This document shows, one piece after another, positions 40,601-55,813 of a DNA stretch of 64,000 nucleotides; positions within the stretch are counted from its first letter, which is position 1; each line of letters begins with the position of its first letter. The position numbers and the translations under genes were made by a program. This DNA comes from Auanema rhodensis (Eukaryota > Animalia > Nematoda), in the NCBI GenBank assembly GCA_964057225.1, contig OZ059895.1, forward strand, positions 62,001-126,000, written 5' to 3'. The notes under the pieces were generated by a model. It saw nothing but the letters and a program-made list of their open reading frames with translations. It was not told the DNA's origin and ran no database searches.

Positions 40601-43600
40601 TATGGACATGGGGAATCTAATTTTGAAAACCGCATCTCTTTATCTTCACGTGAAGCGAGTTACATGCCAAGTGCACATCACGTGTACATTTAATTAGCAT
40701 AAATTAAAGTTCACGTAAATTTCAAAGTCATGGTTACCATGCACCAATATAAATAAAAATTGGTTTTTAGACTAATATGGACATGGGGAATCTAATTTTG
40801 AAAATCGCATCTCTTTATCTTTCACGTGAAGCGAGTTACATACCAAGTGCACATCACGTGTACATTTAATTAGCATAAATTAAAGTTCACGTAAATTTCA
40901 AAGTCATGGTTACCATGAACCAATATCAATAAAAATTTGTTGTTAGACTAATATGGACATGGGGAATCTAATTTTGAAAACCGCATCTCTTTATCTTTCA
41001 CGTGAAGCGAGTTACATACCAAGTGCACATCGCGTGTACATTTAATTAGCGTAAATTAAAGTTCACGTAAATTTCAAAGTCATGGTTACCATGAACCAAT
41101 ATCAATAAAAATTTGTTGTTAGACTAATATGGACATGGGGAATCTAATTTTGAAAACCGAATCTCTTTATCTTTCACGTGAAGCGAGTTACATACCAAGT
41201 GCACATCACGTGTACATTTAATTAGCATAAATTAAAGTTCACGTAAATTTCAAAGTCATGGTTACCATGCACCAATATCAATAAAAATTGGTTTTTAGAC
41301 TAATATGGACATGGGGAATCTAATTTTGAAAATCGCATCTCTTTATCTTTCACGTGAAGCGAGTTACATACCAAGTGCACATCACGTGTACATTTAATTA
41401 GCATAAATTAAAGTTCACGTAAATTTCAAAGTCATGGTTACCATGCACCAATATCAATAAAAATTGGTTTTTAGACTAATATGGACATGGGGAATCTAAT
41501 TTTGAAAATCGCATCTCTTTATCTTTCACGTGAAGCGAGTTACATACCAAGTGCACATCACGTGTACATTTAATTAGCATAAATTAAAGTTCACGTAAAT
41601 TTCAAAGTCATGGTTACCATGCACCAATATCAATAAAAATTGGTTTTTAGACTAATATGGACATGGGGAATCTAATTTTGAAAATCGCATCTCTTTATCT
41701 TTCACGTGAAGCGAGTTACATACCAAGTGCACATCACGTGTACATTTAATTAGCATAAATTAAAGTTCACGTAAATTTCAAAGTCATGGTTACCATGAAC
41801 CAATATCAATAAAAATTTGTTTTTAGACTAATATGGACATGGGGAATCTAATTTTGAAAATCGCATCTCTTTATCTTTCACGTGAAGCGAGTTACATACC
41901 AAGTGCACATCACGTGTACATTTAATTAGCATAAATTAAAGTTCACGTAAATTTCAAAGTCATGGTTACCATGAACCAATATCAATAAAAATTTGTTTTT
42001 AGACTAATATGGACATGGGGAATCTAATTTTGAAAACCGCATCTCTCTATCTTTCACGTGAAGCGAGTTACATACCAAGTGCACATCACGTGTACATTTA
42101 ATTAGCATAAATTAAAGTTCACGTAAATTTCAAAGTCATGGTTACCATGCACCAATATCAATAAAAATTTGTTGTTAGACTAATATGGACATGGGGAATC
42201 TAATTTTGAAAACCGCATCTCTTTATCTTTCACGTGAAGCGAGTTACATACCAAGTGCACATCACGTGTACATTTAATTAGCATAAATTAAAGTTCACAT
42301 AAATTTCAAAGTCATGGTTACCATGCACCAATATCAATAAAAATTGGTTTTTAGACTAATATGGACATGGGGAATCTAATTTTGAAAATCGCATCTCTTT
42401 ATCTTTCACGTGAAGCGAGTTACATACCAAGTGCACATCACGTGTACATTTAGTTAGCATAAATTAAAGTTCACGTAAATTTCAAAGTCATGGTTACCAT
42501 GCACCAATATCAATAAAAATTGGTTTTTAGACTAATATGGACATGGGGAATCTAATTTTGAAAATCGCATCTCTTTATCTTTCACGTGAAGCGAGTTACA
42601 TACCAAGTGCACATCACGTGTACATTTAATTAGCATAAATTAAAGTTCACGTAAATTTCAAAGTCATGGTTACCATGAACCAATATCAATAAAAATTTGT
42701 TTTTAGACTAATATGGACATGGGGAATCTAATTTTGAAAACCGCATCTCTCTATCTTTCACGTGAAGCGAGTTACATACCAAGTGCACATCACGTGTACA
42801 TTTAATTAGCATAAATTAAAGTTCACGTAAATTTCAAAGTCATGGTTACCATGCACCAATATCAATAAAAATTGGTTTTTAGACTAATATGGACATGGGG
42901 AATCTAATTTTGAAAATCGCATCTCTTTATCTTTCACGTGAAGCGAGTTACATACCAAGTGCACATCACGTGTACATTTAGTTAGCATAAATTAAAGTTC
43001 ACGTAAATTTCAAAGTCATGGTTACCATGAACCAATATCAATAAAAATTTGTTTTTAGACTAATATGGACATGGGGAATCTAATTTTGAAAACCGCATCT
43101 CTTTATCTTCACGTGAAGCGAGTTACATGCCAAGTGCACATCACGTGTACATTTAATTAGCATAAATTAAAGTTCACGTAAATTTCAAAGTCATGGTTAC
43201 CATGCACCAATATAAATAAAAATTGGTTTTTAGACTAATATGGACATGGGGAATCTAATTTTGAAAATCGCATCTCTTTATCTTTCACGTGAAGCGAGTT
43301 ACATACCAAGTGCACATCACGTGTACATTTAATTAGCATAAATTAAAGTTCACGTAAATTTCAAAGTCATGGTTACCATGAACCAATATCAATAAAAATT
43401 TGTTGTTAGACTAATATGGACATGGGGAATCTAATTTTGAAAACCGCATCTCTTTATCTTTCACGTGAAGCGAGTTACATACCAAGTGCACATCGCGTGT
43501 ACATTTAATTAGCATAAATTAAAGTTCACGTAAATTTCAAAGTCATGGTTACCATGCACCAATATCAATAAAAATTGGTTTTTAGACTAATATGGACATG

Positions 43601-46600
43601 GGGAATCTAATTTTGAAAACCGCATCTCTTTATCTTTCACGTGAAGCGAGTTACATACCAAGTGCACATCACGTGTACATTTAGTTAGCATAAATTAAAG
43701 TTCACGTAAATTTCAAAGTCATGGTTACCATGCACCAATATCAATAAAAATTGGTTTTTAGACTAATATGGACATGGGGAATCTAATTTTGAAAATCGCA
43801 TCTCTTTATCTTTCACGTGAAGCGAGTTACATACCAAGTGCACATCACGTGTACATTTAATTAGCATAAATTAAAGTTCACGTAAATTTCAAAGTCATGG
43901 TTACCATGAACCAATATCAATAAAAATTTGTTTTTAGACTAATATGGACATGGGGAATCTAATTTTGAAAACCGCATCTCTCTATCTTTCACGTGAAGCG
44001 AGTTACATACCAAGTGCACATCACGTGTACATTTAATTAGCATAAATTAAAGTTCACGTAAATTTCAAAGTCATGGTTACCATGCACCAATATCAATAAA
44101 AATTGGTTTTTAGACTAATATGGACATGGGGAATCTAATTTTGAAAATCGCATCTCTTTATCTTTCACGTGAAGCGAGTTACATACCAAGTGCACATCAC
44201 GTGTACATTTAGTTAGCATAAATTAAAGTTCACGTAAATTTCAAAGTCATGGTTACCATGAACCAATATCAATAAAAATTTGTTTTTAGACTAATATGGA
44301 CATGGGGAATCTAATTTTGAAAACCGCATCTCTTTATCTTCACGTGAAGCGAGTTACATGCCAAGTGCACATCACGTGTACATTTAATTAGCATAAATTA
44401 AAGTTCACGTAAATTTCAAAGTCATGGTTACCATGCACCAATATAAATAAAAATTGGTTCTTAGACTAATATGGACATGGGGAATCTAATTTTGAAAATC
44501 GCATCTCTTTATCTTTCACGTGAAGCGAGTTACATACCAAGTGCACATCACGTGTACATTTAATTAGCATAAATTAAAGTTCACGTAAATTTCAAAGTCA
44601 TGGTTACCATGAACCAATATCAATAAAAATTTGTTGTTAGACTAATATGGACATGGGGAATCTAATTTTAAAAACCGCATCTCTTTATCTTTCACGTGAA
44701 GCGAGTTACATACCAAGTGCACATCGCGTGTACATTTAATTAGCGTAAATTAAAGTTCACGTAAATTTCAAAGTCATGGTTACCATGAACCAATATCAAT
44801 AAAAATTTGTTGTTAGACTAATATGGACATGGGGAATCTAATTTTGAAAACCGAATCTCTTTATCTTTCACGTGAAGCGAGTTACATACCAAGTGCACAT
44901 CACGTGTACATTTAATTAGCATAAATTAAAGTTCACGTAAATTTCAAAGTCATGGTTACCATGCACCAATATCAATAAAAATTGGTTTTTAGACTAATAT
45001 GGACATGGGGAATCTAATTTTGAAAATCGCATCTCTTTATCTTTCACGTGAAGCGAGTTACATACCAAGTGCACATCACGTGTACATTTAATTAGCATAA
45101 ATTAAAGTTCACGTAAATTTCAAAGTCATGGTTACCATGCACCAATATCAATAAAAATTGGTTTTTAGACTAATATGGACATGGGGAATCTAATTTTGAA
45201 AATCGCATCTCTTTATCTTTCACGTGAAGCGAGTTACATACCAAGTGCACATCACGTGTACATTTAATTAGCATAAATTAAAGTTCACGTAAATTTCAAA
45301 GTCATGGTTACCATGCACCAATATCAATAAAAATTGGTTTTTAGACTAATATGGACATGGGGAATCTAATTTTGAAAATCGCATCTCTTTATCTTTCACG
45401 TGAAGCGAGTTACATACCAAGTGCACATCACGTGTACATTTAATTAGCATAAATTAAAGTTCACGTAAATTTCAAAGTCATGGTTACCATGAACCAATAT
45501 CAATAAAAATTTGTTTTTAGACTAATATGGACATGGGGAATCTAATTTTGAAAATCGCATCTCTTTATCTTTCACGTGAAGCGAGTTACATACCAAGTGC
45601 ACATCACGTGTACATTTAATTAGCATAAATTAAAGTTCACGTAAATTTCAAAGTCATGGTTACCATGAACCAATATCAATAAAAATTTGTTTTTAGACTA
45701 ATATGGACATGGGGAATCTAATTTTGAAAACCGCATCTCTCTATCTTTCACGTGAAGCGAGTTACATACCAAGTGCACATCACGTGTACATTTAATTAGC
45801 ATAAATTAAAGTTCACGTAAATTTCAAAGTCATGGTTACCATGCACCAATATCAATAAAAATTTGTTGTTAGACTAATATGGACATGGGGAATCTAATTT
45901 TGAAAACCGCATCTCTTTATCTTTCACGTGAAGCGAGTTACATACCAAGTGCACATCACGTGTACATTTAGTTAGCATAAATTAAAGTTCACGTAAATTT
46001 CAAAGTCATGGTTACCATGAACCAATATCAATAAAAATTTGTTTTTAGACTAATATGGACATGGGGAATCTAATTTTGAAAACCGCATCTCTTTATCTTT
46101 CACGTGAAGCGAGTTACATACCAAGTGCACATCACGTGTACATTTAATTAGCATAAATTAAAGTTCACGTAAATTTCAAAGTCATGGTTACCATGCACCA
46201 ATATCAATAAAAATTGGTTTTTAGACTAATATGGACATGGGGAATCTAATTTTGAAAACCGCATCTCTTTATCTTTCACGTGAAGCGAGTTACATACCAA
46301 GTGCACATCACGTGTACATTTAGTTAGCATAAATTAAAGTTCACGTAAATTTCAAAGTCATGGTTACCATGAACCAATATCAATAAAAATTTGTTGTTAG
46401 ACTAATATGGACATGGGGAATCTAATTTTGAAAACCGCATCTCTTTATCTTTCACGTGAAGCGAGTTACATACCAAGTGCACATCACGTGTACATTTAGT
46501 TAGCATAAATTAAAGTTCACGTAAATTTCAAAGTCATGGTTACCATGAACCAATATCAATAAAAATTTGTTTTTAGACTAATATGGACATGGGGAATCTA

Positions 46601-49600
46601 ATTTTGAAAACCGCATCTCTTTATCTTCACGTGAAGCGAGTTACATGCCAAGTGCACATCACGTGTACATTTAATTAGCATAAATTAAAGTTCACGTAAA
46701 TTTCAAAGTCATGGTTACCATGCACCAATATAAATAAAAATTGGTTTTTAGACTAATATGGACATGGGGAATCTAATTTTGAAAATCGCATCTCTTTATC
46801 TTTCACGTGAAGCGAGTTACATACCAAGTGCACATCACGTGTACATTTAATTAGCATAAATTAAAGTTCACGTAAATTTCAAAGTCATGGTTACCATGAA
46901 CCAATATCAATAAAAATTTGTTGTTAGACTAATATGGAAATGGGGAATCTAATTTTGAAAACCGCATCTCTTTATCTTTCACGTGAAGCGAGTTACATAC
47001 CAAGTGCACATCGCGTGTACATTTAATTAGCGTAAATTAAAGTTCACGTAAATTTCAAAGTCATGGTTACCATGAACCAATATCAATAAAAATTTGTTGT
47101 TAGACTAATATGGACATGGGGAATCTAATTTTGAAAACCGAATCTCTTTATCTTTCACGTGAAGCGAGTTACATACCAAGTGCACATCACGTGTACATTT
47201 AATTAGCATAAATTAAAGTTCACGTAAATTTCAAAGTCATGGTTACCATGCACCAATATCAATAAAAATTGGTTTTTAGACTAATATGGACATGGGGAAT
47301 CTAATTTTGAAAATCGCATCTCTTTATCTTTCACGTGAAGCGAGTTACATACCAAGTGCACATCACGTGTACATTTAATTAGCATAAATTAAAGTTCACG
47401 TAAATTTCAAAGTCATGGTTACCATGCACCAATATCAATAAAAATTGGTTTTTAGACTAATATGGACATGGGGAATCTAATTTTGAAAATCGCATCTCTT
47501 TATCTTTCACGTGAAGCGAGTTACATACCAAGTGCACATCACGTGTACATTTAATTAGCATAAATTAAAGTTCACGTAAATTTCAAAGTCATGGTTACCA
47601 TGCACCAATATCAATAAAAATTGGTTTTTAGACTAATATGGACATGGGGAATCTAATTTTGAAAATCGCATCTCTTTATCTTTCACGTGAAGCGAGTTAC
47701 ATACCAAGTGCACATCACGTGTACATTTAATTAGCATAAATTAAAGTTCACGTAAATTTCAAAGTCATGGTTACCATGAACCAATATCAATAAAAATTTG
47801 TTTTTAGACTAATATGGACATGGGGAATCTAATTTTGAAAATCGCATCTCTTTATCTTTCACGTGAAGCGAGTTACATACCAAGTGCACATCACGTGTAC
47901 ATTTAATTAGCATAAATTAAAGTTCACGTAAATTTCAAAGTCATGGTTACCATGAACCAATATCAATAAAAATTTGTTTTTAGACTAATATGGACATGGG
48001 GAATCTAATTTTGAAAACCGCATCTCTCTATCTTTCACGTGAAGCGAGTTACATACCAAGTGCACATCACGTGTACATTTAATTAGCATAAATTAAAGTT
48101 CACGTAAATTTCAAAGTCATGGTTACCATGCACCAATATCAATAAAAATTTGTTGTTAGACTAATATGGACATGGGGAATCTAATTTTGAAAACCGCATC
48201 TCTTTATCTTTCACGTGAAGCGAGTTACATACCAAGTGCACATCACGTGTACATTTAATTAGCATAAATTAAAGTTCACATAAATTTCAAAGTCATGGTT
48301 ACCATGCACCAATATCAATAAAAATTGGTTTTTAGACTAATATGGACATGGGGAATCTAATTTTGAAAATCGCATCTCTTTATCTTTCACGTGAAGCGAG
48401 TTACATACCAAGTGCACATCACGTGTACATTTAGTTAGCATAAATTAAAGTTCACGTAAATTTCAAAGTCATGGTTACCATGCACCAATATCAATAAAAA
48501 TTGGTTTTTAGACTAATATGGACATGGGGAATCTAATTTTGAAAATCGCATCTCTTTATCTTTCACGTGAAGCGAGTTACATACCAAGTGCACATCACGT
48601 GTACATTTAATTAGCATAAATTAAAGTTCACGTAAATTTCAAAGTCATGGTTACCATGAACCAATATCAATAAAAATTTGTTTTTAGACTAATATGGACA
48701 TGGGGAATCTAATTTTGAAAACCGCATCTCTCTATCTTTCACGTGAAGCGAGTTACATACCAAGTGCACATCACGTGTACATTTAATTAGCATAAATTAA
48801 AGTTCACGTAAATTTCAAAGTCATGGTTACCATGCACCAATATCAATAAAAATTGGTTTTTAGACTAATATGGACATGGGGAATCTAATTTTGAAAATCG
48901 CATCTCTTTATCTTTCACGTGAAGCGAGTTACATACCAAGTGCACATCACGTGTACATTTAGTTAGCATAAATTAAAGTTCACGTAAATTTCAAAGTCAT
49001 GGTTACCATGAACCAATATCAATAAAAATTTGTTTTTAGACTAATATGGACATGGGGAATCTAATTTTGAAAACCGCATCTCTTTATCTTCACGTGAAGC
49101 GAGTTACATGCCAAGTGCACATCACGTGTACATTTAATTAGCATAAATTAAAGTTCACGTAAATTTCAAAGTCATGGTTACCATGCACCAATATAAATAA
49201 AAATTGGTTTTTAGACTAATATGGACATGGGGAATCTAATTTTGAAAATCGCATCTCTTTATCTTTCACGTGAAGCGAGTTACATACCAAGTGCACATCA
49301 CGTGTACATTTAATTAGCATAAATTAAAGTTCACGTAAATTTCAAAGTCATGGTTACCATGAACCAATATCAATAAAAATTTGTTGTTAGACTAATATGG
49401 ACATGGGGAATCTAATTTTGAAAACCGCATCTCTTTATCTTTCACGTGAAGCGAGTTACATACCAAGTGCACATCGCGTGTACATTTAATTAGCATAAAT
49501 TAAAGTTCACGTAAATTTCAAAGTCATGGTTACCATGCACCAATATCAATAAAAATTGGTTTTTAGACTAATATGGACATGGGGAATCTAATTTTGAAAA

Positions 49601-52600
49601 CCGCATCTCTTTATCTTTCACGTGAAGCGAGTTACATACCAAGTGCACATCACGTGTACATTTAGTTAGCATAAATTAAAGTTCACGTAAATTTCAAAGT
49701 CATGGTTACCATGCACCAATATCAATAAAAATTGGTTTTTAGACTAATATGGACATGGGGAATCTAATTTTGAAAATCGCATCTCTTTATCTTTCACGTG
49801 AAGCGAGTTACATACCAAGTGCACATCACGTGTACATTTAATTAGCATAAATTAAAGTTCACGTAAATTTCAAAGTCATGGTTACCATGAACCAATATCA
49901 ATAAAAATTTGTTTTTAGACTAATATGGACATGGGGAATCTAATTTTGAAAACCGCATCTCTCTATCTTTCACGTGAAGCGAGTTACATACCAAGTGCAC
50001 ATCACGTGTACATTTAATTAGCATAAATTAAAGTTCACGTAAATTTCAAAGTCATGGTTACCATGCACCAATATCAATAAAAATTGGTTTTTAGACTAAT
50101 ATGGACATGGGGAATCTAATTTTGAAAATCGCATCTCTTTATCTTTCACGTGAAGCGAGTTACATACCAAGTGCACATCACGTGTACATTTAGTTAGCAT
50201 AAATTAAAGTTCACGTAAATTTCAAAGTCATGGTTACCATGAACCAATATCAATAAAAATTTGTTTTTAGACTAATATGGACATGGGGAATCTAATTTTG
50301 AAAACCGCATCTCTTTATCTTCACGTGAAGCGAGTTACATGCCAAGTGCACATCACGTGTACATTTAATTAGCATAAATTAAAGTTCACGTAAATTTCAA
50401 AGTCATGGTTACCATGCACCAATATAAATAAAAATTGGTTTTTAGACTAATATGGACATGGGGAATCTAATTTTGAAAATCGCATCTCTTTATCTTTCAC
50501 GTGAAGCGAGTTACATACCAAGTGCACATCACGTGTACATTTAATTAGCATAAATTAAAGTTCACGTAAATTTCAAAGTCATGGTTACCATGAACCAATA
50601 TCAATAAAAATTTGTTGTTAGACTAATATGGACATGGGGAATCTAATTTTAAAAACCGCATCTCTTTATCTTTCACGTGAAGCGAGTTACATACCAAGTG
50701 CACATCGCGTGTACATTTAATTAGCGTAAATTAAAGTTCACGTAAATTTCAAAGTCATGGTTACCATGAACCAATATCAATAAAAATTTGTTGTTAGACT
50801 AATATGGACATGGGGAATCTAATTTTGAAAACCGAATCTCTTTATCTTTCACGTGAAGCGAGTTACATACCAAGTGCACATCACGTGTACATTTAATTAG
50901 CATAAATTAAAGTTCACGTAAATTTCAAAGTCATGGTTACCATGCACCAATATCAATAAAAATTGGTTTTTAGACTAATATGGACATGGGGAATCTAATT
51001 TTGAAAATCGCATCTCTTTATCTTTCACGTGAAGCGAGTTACATACCAAGTGCACATCACGTGTACATTTAATTAGCATAAATTAAAGTTCACGTAAATT
51101 TCAAAGTCATGGTTACCATGCACCAATATCAATAAAAATTGGTTTTTAGACTAATATGGACATGGGGAATCTAATTTTGAAAATCGCATCTCTTTATCTT
51201 TCACGTGAAGCGAGTTACATACCAAGTGCACATCACGTGTACATTTAATTAGCATAAATTAAAGTTCACGTAAATTTCAAAGTCATGGTTACCATGCACC
51301 AATATCAATAAAAATTGGTTTTTAGACTAATATGGACATGGGGAATCTAATTTTGAAAATCGCATCTCTTTATCTTTCACGTGAAGCGAGTTACATACCA
51401 AGTGCACATCACGTGTACATTTAATTAGCATAAATTAAAGTTCACGTAAATTTCAAAGTCATGGTTACCATGAACCAATATCAATAAAAATTTGTTTTTA
51501 GACTAATATGGACATGGGGAATCTAATTTTGAAAATCGCATCTCTTTATCTTTCACGTGAAGCGAGTTACATACCAAGTGCACATCACGTGTACATTTAA
51601 TTAGCATAAATTAAAGTTCACGTAAATTTCAAAGTCATGGTTACCATGAACCAATATCAATAAAAATTTGTTTTTAGACTAATATGGACATGGGGAATCT
51701 AATTTTGAAAACCGCATCTCTCTATCTTTCACGTGAAGCGAGTTACATACCAAGTGCACATCACGTGTACATTTAATTAGCATAAATTAAAGTTCACGTA
51801 AATTTCAAAGTCATGGTTACCATGCACCAATATCAATAAAAATTTGTTGTTAGACTAATATGGACATGGGGAATCTAATTTTGAAAACCGCATCTCTTTA
51901 TCTTTCACGTGAAGCGAGTTACATACCAAGTGCACATCACGTGTACATTTAATTAGCATAAATTAAAGTTCACATAAATTTCAAAGTCATGGTTACCATG
52001 CACCAATATCAATAAAAATTGGTTTTTAGACTAATATGGACATGGGGAATCTAATTTTGAAAATCGCATCTCTTTATCTTTCACGTGAAGCGAGTTACAT
52101 ACCAAGTGCACATCACGTGTACATTTAGTTAGCATAAATTAAAGTTCACGTAAATTTCAAAGTCATGGTTACCATGCACCAATATCAATAAAAATTGGTT
52201 TTTAGACTAATATGGACATGGGGAATCTAATTTTGAAAATCGCATCTCTTTATCTTTCACGTGAAGCGAGTTACATACCAAGTGCACATCACGTGTACAT
52301 TTAATTAGCATAAATTAAAGTTCACGTAAATTTCAAAGTCATGGTTACCATGAACCAATATCAATAAAAATTTGTTTTTAGACTAATATGGACATGGGGA
52401 ATCTAATTTTGAAAACCGCATCTCTCTATCTTTCACGTGAAGCGAGTTACATACCAAGTGCACATCACGTGTACATTTAATTAGCATAAATTAAAGTTCA
52501 CGTAAATTTCAAAGTCATGGTTACCATGCACCAATATCAATAAAAATTGGTTTTTAGACTAATATGGACATGGGGAATCTAATTTTGAAAATCGCATCTC

Positions 52601-55600
52601 TTTATCTTTCACGTGAAGCGAGTTACATACCAAGTGCACATCACGTGTACATTTAGTTAGCATAAATTAAAGTTCACGTAAATTTCAAAGTCATGGTTAC
52701 CATGAACCAATATCAATAAAAATTTGTTTTTAGACTAATATGGACATGGGGAATCTAATTTTGAAAACCGCATCTCTTTATCTTCACGTGAAGCGAGTTA
52801 CATGCCAAGTGCACATCACGTGTACATTTAATTAGCATAAATTAAAGTTCACGTAAATTTCAAAGTCATGGTTACCATGCACCAATATAAATAAAAATTG
52901 GTTTTTAGACTAATATGGACATGGGGAATCTAATTTTGAAAATCGCATCTCTTTATCTTTCACGTGAAGCGAGTTACATACCAAGTGCACATCACGTGTA
53001 CATTTAATTAGCATAAATTAAAGTTCACGTAAATTTCAAAGTCATGGTTACCATGAACCAATATCAATAAAAATTTGTTGTTAGACTAATATGGACATGG
53101 GGAATCTAATTTTGAAAACCGCATCTCTTTATCTTTCACGTGAAGCGAGTTACATACCAAGTGCACATCGCGTGTACATTTAATTAGCATAAATTAAAGT
53201 TCACGTAAATTTCAAAGTCATGGTTACCATGCACCAATATCAATAAAAATTTGTTTTTAGACTAATATGGACATGGGGAATCTAATTTTGAAAATCGCAT
53301 CTCTTTATCTTTCACGTGAAGCGAGTTACATACCAAGTGCACATCACGTGTACATTTAATTAGCATAAATTAAAGTTCACGTAAATTTCAAAGTCATGGT
53401 TACCATGAACCAATATCAATAAAAATTTGTTTTTAGACTAATATGGACATGGGGAATCTAATTTTGAAAATCGCATCTCTTTATCTTTCACGTGAAGCGA
53501 GTTACATACCAAGTGCACATCACGTGTACATTTAATTAGCATAAATTAAAGTTCACGTAAATTTCAAAGTCATGGTTACCATGAACCAATATCAATAAAA
53601 ATTTGTTTTTAGACTAATATGGACATGGGGAATCTAATTTTGAAAACCGCATCTCTCTATCTTTCAAGTGAAGCGAGTTACATACCAAGTGCACATCACG
53701 TGTACATTTAATTAGCATAAATTAAAGTTCACATAAATTTCAAAGTCATGGTTACCATGCACCAATATCAATAAAAATTGGTTTTTAGACTAATATGGAC
53801 ATGGGGAATCTAATTTTGAAAATCGCATCTCTTTATCTTTCACGTGAAGCGAGTTACATACCAAGTGCACATCACGTGTACATTTAGTTAGCATAAATTA
53901 AAGTTCACGTAAATTTCAAAGTCATGGTTACCATGCACCAATATCAATAAAAATTGGTTTTTAGACTAATATGGACATGGGGAATCTAATTTTGAAAATC
54001 GCATCTCTTTATCTTTCACGTGAAGCGAGTTACATACCAAGTGCACATCACGTGTACATTTAATTAGCATAAATTAAAGTTCACGTAAATTTCAAAGTCA
54101 TGGTTACCATGAACCAATATCAATAAAAATTTGTTTTTAGACTAATATGGACATGGGGAATCTAATTTTGAAAACCGCATCTCTCTATCTTTCACGTGAA
54201 GCGAGTTACATACCAAGTGCACATCACGTGTACATTTAATTAGCATAAATTAAAGTTCACGTAAATTTCAAAGTCATGGTTACCATGCACCAATATCAAT
54301 AAAAATTGGTTTTTAGACTAATATGGACATGGGGAATCTAATTTTGAAAATCGCATCTCTTTATCTTTCACGTGAAGCGAGTTACATACCAAGTGCACAT
54401 CACGTGTACATTTAGTTAGCATAAATTAAAGTTCACGTAAATTTCAAAGTCATGGTTACCATGAACCAATATCAATAAAAATTTGTTTTTAGACTAATAT
54501 GGACATGGGGAATCTAATTTTGAAAACCGCATCTCTTTATCTTCACGTGAAGCGAGTTACATGCCAAGTGCACATCACGTGTACATTTAATTAGCATAAA
54601 TTAAAGTTCACGTAAATTTCAAAGTCATGGTTACCATGCACCAATATAAATAAAAATTGGTTTTTAGACTAATATGGACATGGGGAATCTAATTTTGAAA
54701 ATCGCATCTCTTTATCTTTCACGTGAAGCGAGTTACATACCAAGTGCACATCACGTGTACATTTAATTAGCATAAATTAAAGTTCACGTAAATTTCAAAG
54801 TCATGGTTACCATGAACCAATATCAATAAAAATTTGTTGTTAGACTAATATGGACATGGGGAATCTAATTTTGAAAACCGCATCTCTTTATCTTTCACGT
54901 GAAGCGAGTTACATACCAAGTGCACATCACGTGTACATTTAATTAGCATAAATTAAAGTTCACGTAAATTTCAAAGTCATGGTTACCATGCACCAATATC
55001 AATAAAAATTGGTTTTTAGACTAATATGGACATGGGGAATCTAATTTTGTAAATCGCATCTCTTTATCTTTCACGTGAAGCGAGTTACATACCAAGTGCA
55101 CATCACGTGTACATTTAATTAGCATAAATTAAAGTTCACGTAAATTTCAAAGTCATGGTTACCATGCACCAATATCAATAAAAATTGGTTTTTAGACTAA
55201 TATGGACATGGGGAATCTAATTTTGAAAATCGCATCTCTTTATCTTTCACGTGAAGCGAGTTACATACCAAGTGCACATCACGTGTACATTTAATTAGCA
55301 TAAATTAAAGTTCACGTAAATTTCAAAGTCATGGTTACCATGAACCAATATCAATAAAAATTTGTTTTTAGACTAATATGGACATGGGGAATCTAATTTT
55401 GAAAACCGCATCTCTTTATCTTTCACGTGAAGCGAGTTACATACCAAGTGCACATCACGTGTACATTTAATTAGCATAAATTAAAGTTCACGTAAATTTC
55501 AAAGTCATGGTTACCATGAACCAATATCAATAAAAATTTGTTTTTAGACTAATATGGACATGGGGAATCTAATTTTGAAAACCGCATCTCTCTATCTTTC

Positions 55601-55813
55601 ACGTGAAGCGAGTTACATACCAAGTGCACATCACGTGTACATTTAATTAGCATAAATTAAAGTTCACGTAAATTTCAAAGTCATGGTTACCATGCACCAA
55701 TATCAATAAAAATTTGTTGTTAGACTAATATGGACATGGGGAATCTAATTTTGAAAACCGCATCTCTTTATCTTTCACGTGAAGCGAGTTACATACCAAG
55801 TGCACATCACGTG
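24340..55813. repeat. Central sub-domain: only 176/175-bp monomers, enriched for the linked T146G + C13T haplotype and A50G
   Basis: No 21-bp duplication occurs for ~31.5 kb. AAATTGGTTTTT...GAAAATCGC and ACATGCC are frequent. Confidence 0.87.
38500..55000 (+). repeat. 14-mer higher-order repeat (2,463 bp) with 7-, 13- and 10-mer derivatives, and a 34-mer (5,981 bp) super-duplication
   Basis: The 175-bp marker monomer occurs at 40647, 43110, 44341, 46628, 49091, 50322, 52785 and 54544 (spacings 14, 7, 13, 14, 7, 14, 10 units). C16A occurs at 38697, 41160, 44854, 47141 and 50835. TTTTAAAAACC pairs at 44670/50651. Confidence 0.92.
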
